Made by a program: the position numbers and the translations under genes. From an uncultured bacterium (GTDB lineage: Bacteria > Verrucomicrobiota > Kiritimatiellia > PWTM01), in contig CAKZPT010000091.1 in the NCBI GenBank assembly GCA_937139365.1, positions 1,974-65,973 on the forward strand: a stretch of 64,000 nucleotides of DNA, in the 5' to 3' direction. The notes under the pieces were generated by a model, which searched no databases, was not told the origin of the DNA, and saw nothing but the letters and a program-made list of their open reading frames with translations. This document shows positions 29,422-38,294 of this stretch, one piece after another. The stretch's first letter is position 1; each line of letters begins with the position of its first letter.

Positions 29422-31848
29422 ATGTCCGAAAGCCGCGCCGACCTGCACGTCCACAGCCGGTATTCCGACCGGCCGAGCGAGTGGTTCCTCCGCCGCATCG
29501 GTGCGCCGGAGAGCTTTGTCGACCCGCGCGAGATCCATCGGCGCTGCCGCGAACGGGGGATGGATTTCGTCACGGTGACGGACCACAACACCCTCGCCGG
29601 CTCGCTGGCGATCGCCGACCTGCCCGGCGTGTTCCTTTCGGCCGAGATGACGACCTACTTTCCGGAGGACCGCTGCAAGATCCACTGCCTGGTCTTCGGC
29701 GTGACGGAGGCGGACTTCGCCGAGCTCGACGCGACGCGGGAGAACATCTACGAGTTCGCGGGCCTCCTGCGGCGCCGGGGGATCGCGCACGCGGTGGCGC
29801 ATCCGCTGTTCCGCATCAACGACCGCCTGACGCCGGACCACGTCGAGAAGCTGCTGCTGCTGTTCAACCACTTCGAGCTGTTGAATGGCTCGCGGGACCG
29901 GCGGGCCGCTCAGATCGCGCGGCGGGTGTTCGACGGGCTGACGCCAGAGTGGATGGCGCGGATGGCGGACCGCCACGGCCTGGAGCCGGTCGGGCCCGAG
30001 CCGTGGCGGAAGCACCTGACGGGCGGCAGCGACGACCACAGCGGCCTCTTCGTGGCCGCCGCCCACACGGCGACCCCCCCGGCGGCCGACGCGGTGGAGT
30101 TCGTGGCCCACCTCCGCTTCGGCCGGACCGAGCCGAGGGGGCGCTCGGGGGACAGTCTGCGCCTCGCCCGTAGCCTCTACCAGATCGCGGGCGACTACTA
30201 CCGCAGCCGTTTTCTCGGCCAGGGCGGGGGGTCGAGCGTGCTGGGCGCGATGCTGGCGCGCCTTGCCGAGGGCTCCGGAGAGTCCGCACCGGCCGCCTCG
30301 AGTGGCGGCCTGTGGCGGCGAGGGGCCGGCCGGATCATCCAGAGGGTCCGTCGCCGGCGGCTGCCCGAGTCCGAGCGGCGGCTGCTCGATGCGATCTCCG
30401 ACCTCGTCGGTCGGGGACCGGCGGGCGACGACACGGACCTGCCGCCCGAGCGGCGCGCGTTTCAGCGGGCCGCTCGCGTGGCCCAGGAGCTGACGCTGGC
30501 GTTCGGCACGCGGCTGTTCGAACAGTTCCGGCGCGGGCGCCTCACCGAGGCCCTGGAGGCCCTGGCCTCGCTCTGCCCCGTCGGCGTGGGCATTCTGCCG
30601 TACCTGACCGCGTTCGTCGCCCAGCACAAAGACGAACGGTTCCTGCAGGAGGTCGCGCTGCGGTTTCCCGGCGCCGCCACGCTGCGCCGGCGCAGCGCGC
30701 GCTCGGTGTGGATCACCGACACCTTCCACGAGATCAACGGCGTGGCGCGCTCGGTGCGCACCCTCGCCGGCATCGCTGCGCGCTGCGGCCGCGACGTCAC
30801 GGTCCTGGTCTGCCAGGACAGGCCGCCCGCCGCCGACTTTCCGCTGCGGAATTTTCCGCCGCTGCGCACGTTCACGCTGCCGGAGTATCCGGCCCAGCCG
30901 CTGGCGTTTCCCCCCTACCTCGAAATCCTCGCGTGGATCGAGGACCAGCGCTTCGATCGCGTGGTGATCTCGACGCCGGGGCCGTTGGGGCTGTGCGGGC
31001 TGGCCGCCGCACGGCTCTTCGGGCTCCGGTGCGTCGGCGTCTACCACACCGATTTTCCCGAGTACGTCCGGCTGTGGACGGACGACGAGCAGATGAAAGA
31101 GCTCACCTGGCGGTACATGCGGTGGTTCTATGGCGACATGGACCGCGTGTTCGTCCCCAGCCGGGCGTATCTCGAACGGCTCTCGGAACAGGGCTTTCGT
31201 CGCGAGCGGCTGGCGGTCATGCCCCGCGGCATCGACCGGGAGCTGTTTCGGCCCGAACGACGCGACCCCGCCTTCTGGAGCCGGTACGGCATCGGCGGTG
31301 GCCTCAAGTTCGTCTACGTGGGCCGTCTGGCGCGCGAGAAGAACCTCGCGCTGCTCGGCGACGCGTTCCTGGAGGTCCGGCGGCGCGTGCCGTCGGCCAA
31401 CCTGGCGTTCGTCGGCGACGGGCCGGACGCCCCCGAGCTGCGCGCGCGGTTCGGTCGGGAGCCGGGCATCGTGTTCACCGGGCCGTTGCATGGCGTCGAA
31501 CTGGCCCGGGCCTACGCCAGCTCCGACGCGCTGGTCTTTCCTAGCTTGACGGACACCTTTGGAAACGTCGTGCTCGAGGCGCACGCCTGCGGGCTGCCCG
31601 CGATCGTGGCCGACCGCGGCGGCCCGCCGGAAATCGTCCGCGCTTACGGGTCGGGGCTGGTGGTGGAGGGCGGAAATGCCGCCGCGTGGGCGGCGGCGAT
31701 GGAACGGCTGGCGGAGGATCGCGAGCTCGCCGCCCGCTTGCGCGAGATGGCCCTCCGGTGCGCGGCCGATAGTCGCTGGGAATCGGCGCTGACGATTTTC
31801 GACGACGAGGCCGCGCCCGAGCCCGCTCTGGAGCTGGCTCCGGCGTGA
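29422..31848 (+). CDS. Fusion protein: N-terminal PHP (polymerase/histidinol-phosphatase) domain joined to a C-terminal GT4 (GT-B, group 1) glycosyltransferase
   Basis: PHP motifs (ADLHVHSRYSDRPSEW ... VTVTDHNT ... HAVAHP ... GGSDDHSG). GT4 motifs (SVWITDTFHEINGVARSV ... FVYVGRLAREKNL ... EAHACGLPAIVADRGGPPEIV). A single uninterrupted 808-aa ORF. Confidence 0.75.
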   Translation: MSESRADLHVHSRYSDRPSEWFLRRIGAPESFVDPREIHRRCRERGMDFVTVTDHNTLAGSLAIADLPGVFLSAEMTTYFPEDRCKIHCLVFGVTEADFAELDATRENIYEFAGLLRRRGIAHAVAHPLFRINDRLTPDHVEKLLLLFNHFELLNGSRDRRAAQIARRVFDGLTPEWMARMADRHGLEPVGPEPWRKHLTGGSDDHSGLFVAAAHTATPPAADAVEFVAHLRFGRTEPRGRSGDSLRLARSLYQIAGDYYRSRFLGQGGGSSVLGAMLARLAEGSGESAPAASSGGLWRRGAGRIIQRVRRRRLPESERRLLDAISDLVGRGPAGDDTDLPPERRAFQRAARVAQELTLAFGTRLFEQFRRGRLTEALEALASLCPVGVGILPYLTAFVAQHKDERFLQEVALRFPGAATLRRRSARSVWITDTFHEINGVARSVRTLAGIAARCGRDVTVLVCQDRPPAADFPLRNFPPLRTFTLPEYPAQPLAFPPYLEILAWIEDQRFDRVVISTPGPLGLCGLAAARLFGLRCVGVYHTDFPEYVRLWTDDEQMKELTWRYMRWFYGDMDRVFVPSRAYLERLSEQGFRRERLAVMPRGIDRELFRPERRDPAFWSRYGIGGGLKFVYVGRLAREKNLALLGDAFLEVRRRVPSANLAFVGDGPDAPELRARFGREPGIVFTGPLHGVELARAYASSDALVFPSLTDTFGNVVLEAHACGLPAIVADRGGPPEIVRAYGSGLVVEGGNAAAWAAAMERLAEDRELAARLREMALRCAADSRWESALTIFDDEAAPEPALELAPA

Positions 31849-31906
31849 TCCGCGGCCGCCGCGCCGGCACCCGACCGAGCGGCCGGACGCAGGGGCCGCC
31901 ACCGCG

Positions 31907-33007
31907 GCGGGAGGCGGGAGCCGCCGAGGCCGGCCAACGTGGGCTGAAGATTGGTCATCGCCGTCATTTCGCCGCAGACGCAGCCGGCAGGAATGCGGCC
32001 GGGCCACCGAGGCAGCGTCGGCAACCGCACGCCGCCGTCCCGCGTGCATCCCTTCGCGCCGCGTAGCGGCCTGTTGGCCGCCCCCACGTTGATCGCGCCG
32101 CCGTTGTCGCTGGTGAGAATCACGAGGGTGCGATCCGCCAGGCCGGCGGCGACCAGTGCTTCCAACACGCGGCCGACGGCCGCATCCATCGCCGCGATCG
32201 TCGCGGAGTACATCGCGTGGTCGTGGGTCAGGCGCACGTCGCGTTCGCCGTCGCGTCCCCACCGAGAGATCAGCTCCAGCCGTGACGCTTTCTGCTCGAA
32301 ATGCCGGCGCCGGTCAGCCCGCGCCTAAAGGGGGCGTGGAAACGGAGTTGTAGGGCAGCTACGCCAAAAACGGTCGATTGCGGTACGCGCAAAATGAACC
32401 GCGCCGTCTCCTCCGCGAGCCGTGCCGTGAGATACTTGGCCGGTGGGCCGTCGGGGAGCCGGGGGATGTCGTAGGGCGAGAAGTACTTTCCGCCGCTGTA
32501 AGGGCCGCCCTGTTTCGTGCGGCCGAGGTTGCGATTCGAAGCCCTGGGTCCTCTAGCTATCATCCCTCGGGGCCCAGGTGCCATCTGCCCCCAAAGGCGT
32601 ATCCCCTCTGCTTCGACAGTTCGGTCCCCATCACCTCCTCGCGCGCGGGCCGCTCGGCATAAGGGGAAAACAGCCCGCGTGTTCCGGGCCCATGCGCCGA
32701 GTTGCGGAGCGCCGGGCTGATCGGAAATCCCCGTACGTTGCGGCCAGCAACCCGGCATCAGGTTGGCGCGGGCCGTCGAGCAGATGGGGCAAGTGGCATC
32801 GGCGACCGTGAACGGGATGCCCACCGCCGCCAGGCGCTCGGTGTTGGGGATCTCGTAGAAGTGGTCACCGAGGCAGACGGCATCCGTCGCCCCCAATCTT
32901 TCACGAGGCAGCCCCGAAAATTTGGTGGCGAGGGGGCGGAGACTGGCGGCAACGCCAGCGTGCCACAGCAACGGCGGCAAGCGCAGTGTGAAGACCTGCG
33001 ACGGCAC
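31907..33007 (-). pseudogene. Sulfatase remnant: N-terminal and middle regions in two reading frames; the C-terminus is missing (cut off by the end of the GT4 gene)
   Basis: Frame 32270-33007 carries the sulfatase N-terminal signature region with a degenerate active-site motif (ADATCPICSTARANLMPGCWPQRTG: C-S-T-A-R where C-S-P-S-R is expected). Frame 31907-32237 carries the middle region (HAMYSATIAAMDAAVGRVLEALVAAGLADRTLVILTSDNGG). No room is left for the C-terminal domain. Confidence 0.5.
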
Positions 33008-33061
33008 AGAGATCGTCGGGCGCGCAGCGGGTCGGCGCTTCGTTCGCGTGGCGGCGAAACC

Positions 33062-34363
33062 CTACCGCCGCCGCGGCCGGTTTGCACGGGCGGCCTTCCG
33101 TCGGCGAGGCACGCGTTCCGAAGCCCCGCTGCGCGGATTGAGCTGATCGAGAATGGCCTGCAGTCGGTGCCGGGCCTCGGCGGCCTCCGCGCCGCCCTCA
33201 CCGGGCGCCACCGCCTTTTGCGAAAACGGGGCGTCGCTCATGTCGAACAGCTCGCCGCTTTCCGTCAGTTTCCAGCGAGCGCTCCGCACGTACCAGCGGT
33301 CGCCGAGCTGCACGAAGACCCATTCCCTAGGCTGGCCCCGCTCGCCCTTGATTTGAGGGGCAAAGCTGCCGCCGTCGAGGACGGTGTTCACCGGGATCTT
33401 CGCCCCCGCGAGTTCGGCGAAGGTGGGGAAGAAATCCGTCAGGTCCACGAGGTCGTCGCAGGTGCGTCCGGCGGGCGCGACCCCCTTCCAGTTGACGATC
33501 AGCGGAACTCGAGCGCTTCCCTCGAGCATCGACCCCTTCTGCCCGTCGATCCTTCGGCCGTTCAGAAGGGAGTGGCCGGCGCCGAACCTCGCCGTGCCGT
33601 TGTCGGCGGTGAAGAGGATCAGGGTGTTTTCGCGCAGGCCGAGCCGGTCCAGCTCCTCCAGGAGGCGGCCGACCTTCTTGTCAAGGTAGATCATCATGTC
33701 CTCGTAGAAGTCCTTCGTCTCCGGGCGGCTGTCGGGCGTGCGGACGATGGGGCCGTGGATCAGGTGGGTCGAGTAGTAAAACAGGAACGGCCGGTCGCGA
33801 TGCCGGCGCAAGAAGTCGAGCGTGAACTCGAGGCAGGCGTCGGGGCCGTAGATCTCGTGATCGAAGGTGCGCGTTTCGCCGTTCACGGTGTAGCTCTTCA
33901 CCCAGAACCAACCGCCGGCGACGGGGTCGGTCAACCATTCGTCGAAGCCCCAGTCGCCCGGCGTCTCGCCCATCTGCCGCCATTTGCCGGCCATGCCGGT
34001 GACGTAGCCGGCGGCGCGTAGCGTCTTAGCAAACGAGGGCTCGTCGGCCGACTTCGGGTTGACGGCCGAGGGATTCGTATGGCCGCCGGTCCGAAAACCG
34101 TAGCGACCGGTGATCAGCGCGCACCGCGACGGCCCGCAAAGCGGCATCGCGAAACAATGGGTGAACTTCATGCCGGTCTCGGCCAGCCGGTCCAGGCTCG
34201 GTGTCTTGCCCCGGAACCGGTCGCTGCCGAAACATCCAACGCCGTCCAGCCCGAGGTCGTCGGCGAAGATCAGCAGAATATTGGGGCGGACGGGCACGTC
34301 CGCGGCGCATGCCGCCGCGACCAGCCCCGCCGCCGCCACGAGGCAACAACAAGCGCGGTTCAT
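33062..34363 (-). CDS. Sulfatase (arylsulfatase family)
   Basis: Signal peptide MNRACCCLVAAAGLVAAACAA. Metal-binding IFADDLG. Active-site signature CGPSRCALITGRYGFRTG (CxPxR for formylglycine). TADNG motif. Start at ATG 34361-34363. Stop codon TAG. Confidence 0.8.
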   Translation of the reverse strand: MNRACCCLVAAAGLVAAACAADVPVRPNILLIFADDLGLDGVGCFGSDRFRGKTPSLDRLAETGMKFTHCFAMPLCGPSRCALITGRYGFRTGGHTNPSAVNPKSADEPSFAKTLRAAGYVTGMAGKWRQMGETPGDWGFDEWLTDPVAGGWFWVKSYTVNGETRTFDHEIYGPDACLEFTLDFLRRHRDRPFLFYYSTHLIHGPIVRTPDSRPETKDFYEDMMIYLDKKVGRLLEELDRLGLRENTLILFTADNGTARFGAGHSLLNGRRIDGQKGSMLEGSARVPLIVNWKGVAPAGRTCDDLVDLTDFFPTFAELAGAKIPVNTVLDGGSFAPQIKGERGQPREWVFVQLGDRWYVRSARWKLTESGELFDMSDAPFSQKAVAPGEGGAEAAEARHRLQAILDQLNPRSGASERVPRRRKAARANRPRRR

Positions 34364-34616
34364 GGCATTTTCTCCGATCCGCACGACCCAACAACGGCCG
34401 GGCCGGATGGATATTTTGCCGGCCGGGGGGCGCGAGAAGGCACCCGAGGTGGCTCGGCGGTTTCGGACGGCAGGCGCCACGGCCCGCGGCGATGCGCGGT
34501 GCGCGTTCGATCCGTTCATTCCCCTCGCATCGCCTTGCCAGATGCCGGCCACCGCGACGCGGCCCGGCCGCCGTAGGCGACCCCGGACGGGGCCGCTTCC
34601 GGAGAATCGACGCGCG

Positions 34617-36973
34617 TCAGTTGGCCGCCGCGGCGCAGGGAAACTCGATGATCGTGGCCGACAGGGCGGCGAGGCGGAGTTCGCCGAGCTCGACGGCGCC
34701 GACTTCCGCCACCGAGACCACGGGATCCTGGTCGGGATCGTTGAAGGACGTGGGGGCCGGGCCACTCAGCCGCCAGGCGCGGCCCGGGCCTTTGATGCGT
34801 GCGCCGGCCACGCGCAGCGGAACGCGCAGTTCCTCCCGCCACGGGTTGACGACAGACACCACCAGCCGGCGGCCATCGGACGACCGCAGGGCCTGCGCCT
34901 CCAGCAGGTGGCCGGTCTCGGTACGCAATGGTGAGCCGAGGAAACGGTTGCGGTACAGTTCGAGGGCCAGCCCCGTGGTCTCCATGGCCGCCCGGGTGCG
35001 GCTGGTCTTGATCGCGCCGATGACATTGACCGTCTGCGCGTAGAACGCCGAGACGATGACGTCCGACTGCCGGGCATACTCGTGGAACCCGGCGGCGATG
35101 CCCAGCGCGTCGCGCAGGAAATATCGGGTCCCGAGCTCGCCGAAGACGTGAGGGCCGTACCAGTAGTTCCACTCGGTCATGGCCACCGGGATGGGACGGT
35201 CGCGGAGGCCGGGAATGGAGGCGCGGTAGGCGCGATGGGCTTCCGCCTTCTGCCGGATCCTTTCGGGGATCTGGCGCACGTGGCTCATGTCGCCCGGCAG
35301 GTCGCCGCAATAGAAATGTTCCGCGATCCAGTCCATGTGGGCGGCGCAGGCCTTGAGCATGCCCTCGCTCCACGGCCCGGCGTTGCCGGAGGCGATCGCG
35401 ATAAAGGAAGGGTGCGTTTGTCGCATGGTCCCCACCACCCAGTTGTGTTTGAGGAAATAGTGCTCGGGTTTCATGTAGCCGAGCTGCCAGGTTCCCCACA
35501 TCTCGTTGCCGATGCACCAGTAGCGGATGTTGAACGGCTCGCGCGCGCCGTTGTCCGCGCGTTTCCGACCCCACCAGGTCGTTCGGGCATCGCCGTTGCT
35601 GTACTCGAGCTCGGCGGCGGCCGAGTGTGCGTCGCCGAACCCGGTGTCGACCGTCACCATCGGCTCCGTCCCGACGAGCCGGCAGAAATGGACGAACTCG
35701 TGCAGGCCGGAGTCGTTCGGTTCGATGCCCGTCCATGCCGGGTTCGCGCAAGTGGGCCGGCGGTCGCGCTCGCCGATGCCGTCGCGCCAGTCGTAACCCG
35801 AGACAAAGTTGCCACCCGGCCACCGGTAGATGGGGGCGCGCAGCCGGCGCAGCAACTCGACCGTGTCCCGGCGCATGCCCTCGACGCGATCCGCCGGCAT
35901 GAGTGAAACGGCGCCTACCCGGACCGGCGCCCCGTCGGCACGCAGCGCCAACGCCGCGGAGGCGACGGTGCCTGTGGCGGTGAACTCGAACGGGATCCGC
36001 CGGGGCTCATCCCCCGCGACGGCCGCGCCGGTCAGGCCGCCGACGGCCCCCTCCAATGATACGGTCAGCCGCGCACCCCGCACGGCCGAGGACGCGACAA
36101 CGTACCCCGTATACCGCCGCCCCGCCTCTACCGCCAAATGCCGCTGCCGGATGGCCGCCCCCGGCGCAAGCTCCACCGCGTGACGCCCCGACACCACGCC
36201 ATGGGTGGTCATCGCCACGGCGTTCGGCCCGCCCGAGATGATCTCCCATGGCGAGGTGCGGAGAATCGGGTACGGGTTTGCCGGCGTGGGCTCCACACCC
36301 GGACCATAGGGCGCGTAGTCCGGCCGGACGGGGAAAAAGAACTTCCGGTCCTCCAGCATCTCGGCCCATATGCCACCATAGATACACCGGCCCAGGTGTT
36401 CGATGAACTGGCTGTACACCCGTTCGTCCAGCGGAGGACCGGACACGGAGGCGTCCACCGAAATGCCGCCCACCGACATTGGGTCGGTGGCCAGGATTTC
36501 AAGACGGACGTCGCGAAACGACGCCCGCCCCCGGCACTGACCGGGGCCGCCCAAGGCAGCCCGAATCTCGACCATGTCGTTCGTCGTCGAGTCGAACTCG
36601 ATGAACAGACGTGTCCAGTCCGAGGTGCCCGTCAGCCGTGCTGATGCAGTGGCGAGGCCGGGGATGGAAAGGTACGCGCCGTCAGCCCCTCCACGCCCTC
36701 GGCGCGAGCCCATGCGGTGAGCCGATGGCGGGAGAAGGGCCGTAGCCCGACGCGGTGGAGCCATCCTGCGTGAGCAGGCCGCACGGCCTCCACGACGGCA
36801 ACCGGGCGCCCTTCGAAACGCTGGACCGCAAAGAAGGCCTCACCGTTCCAGGTTCGGGTCCGCCAGCCGCGCGCGGCGTCGTCGGAGCGCTCGGGAAACT
36901 CCAGCGGCTCGGTTGCGGCAGCCGCGGCGATGGCGAGGGAGAGATGAATCTTCGATGCGACGTGGACACCCAT
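34617..36973 (-). pseudogene. GH51 alpha-L-arabinofuranosidase. The signal-peptide exon is in a different frame from the catalytic body (one frameshift near 36650-36760).
   Basis: Catalytic body in frame 34617-36764 (LRAPIYRWPGGNFVSGYDWRDGIG ... YWCIGNEMWGTWQLG ... TEWNYW). An upstream ORF 36632-36973 starts with a strong SD (AAGGAG, 8 nt before ATG 36971-36973) and a signal peptide MGVHVASKIHLSLAIAAAAA, but it is in another frame. Confidence 0.6.
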
Positions 36974-37128
36974 AGGTTTTCTCCTTATTTGGGAATACTA
37001 AGTATATGTGGTGACGAGGTCAAGCCCGCCGTCGGCCAGGGCGCCGGCGGGGCTGTTGGGGCGGGGCGGGTGGCTTGCGGTGCGCGGTGGGCCGACCGAT
37101 GATGCGCGGCGCAGAAAGGTGGACTCAT

Positions 37129-37941
37129 ATGACGAAAGTGGTGATCGTGGGTGCAGCCGGCCGGATGGGCCGCACCCTGGTCCGGTGCATCCGGGAGGGG
37201 GCCGTACCGGACGTTGTGCTGGTCGGAGCGGTGGACCTGTGGGACTGCCCGGATCTGGGCCGGGACGCCGGGCGCGTGGCGGGGGTGGACGAGGTCGGCG
37301 TGCCGATCGGCTGCGACCTGGCAGCCGTGGCGCCGCAGGCGGATGTGGTGGTGGATTTCAGTTCCCATCACGGGTCGACCGGCAACTCCTCGCGCTGCGC
37401 CGAATGGGGGCGACCGATGGTGATCGGCACGACAGGTTTGAGCGCGGACGAGCAGGCCGAGGTGGGGGCTGCGGCGCGGCGGATTCCGATCGTGATGTCG
37501 GCCAACATGAGCCTCGGCGTGAACCTGCTGCTATCCCTGCTCGAACGGGCGGCCGTGGCGTTGAGGGACCGGGGGTACGACGTGGAGATCGTCGAGCGCC
37601 ATCATCGTCAGAAACGCGATGCGCCCAGCGGCACGGCGCTGATGCTCGGCGCCGCAGTGGCTGCGGGATTCGGCCGGCGGTTGGAGGAGGTCGCGGTTTA
37701 CGGCCGTCGTGGGATGAGTGACGGCTCGCGGCCGGGGGGCGAGATCGGCTTTCACGCGATGCGCGGCGGGGACATCGTGGGTGACCACACCGTGCTGTTT
37801 GCGGGGATGGGCGAGCTGCTGGAGTTCACGCACCGTGCAACCGGCCGTGAAACCTTCGCGATCGGCGCGCTGCGTGCCGCCGCGTGGGCGAAGGATCGGG
37901 CGCCGGGCCTGTATTCGATGCGGGACGTGCTGGGGGTGTGA
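37129..37941 (+). CDS. dapB: 4-hydroxy-tetrahydrodipicolinate reductase
   Basis: N-terminal Rossmann VVIVGAAGRMGRTLV. DapB core (MVIGTTGL ... IVMSANMSLGVNLL ... EIVERHHRQKRDAPSGTAL). The SD AAAGGTGG precedes ATG 37129. Confidence 0.8.
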   Translation: MTKVVIVGAAGRMGRTLVRCIREGAVPDVVLVGAVDLWDCPDLGRDAGRVAGVDEVGVPIGCDLAAVAPQADVVVDFSSHHGSTGNSSRCAEWGRPMVIGTTGLSADEQAEVGAAARRIPIVMSANMSLGVNLLLSLLERAAVALRDRGYDVEIVERHHRQKRDAPSGTALMLGAAVAAGFGRRLEEVAVYGRRGMSDGSRPGGEIGFHAMRGGDIVGDHTVLFAGMGELLEFTHRATGRETFAIGALRAAAWAKDRAPGLYSMRDVLGV

Positions 37942-37975
37942 CGAGGCGCCGCCGGGGGCGGCCGGAGGAACGGAA

Positions 37976-38273
37976 CATGGTGGTGACGCTGGTGCACGTG
38001 ACGGTGCGGCCCGACCGCGTGGCGGACTTCATCGAAGCGACCCGCCGCAACCACGAGGCCTCCGTGCGCGAGCCGGGCAACCTGCGCTTTGACGTGTTGC
38101 AATCGGCCGACGACCCCGCACGGTTCATCCTCTACGAAGCCTATGTGGACGAGGCTGCGGCGGCGGCGCACAAGTCCACGGCGCACTATGCCGAATGGCG
38201 GGACGCCGTGGCCGGGTGGATGGCCGGGCCGCGTCGGGGCGAACGCTACGCAGGTTTGTTTCCCTCCTCCTGA
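37976..38273 (+). CDS. Antibiotic-biosynthesis-monooxygenase (ABM) domain protein
   Basis: About 100-aa ferredoxin-like ABM pattern (MVVTLVHVTVRPDRVADFIEATRRNHEASVREPGNLRFDVLQ...). Confidence 0.55.
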
Positions 38274-38294
38274 GGCCCGGCGTTCGGGCCGCGG

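Noticed and set aside
29032-32262. 1076-aa ORF on the minus strand
   Set aside because: It is entirely antisense to the well-supported PHP-GT4 gene. Its translation is Arg/Pro/Gly-rich low-complexity sequence, typical of spurious antisense ORFs in high-GC DNA.
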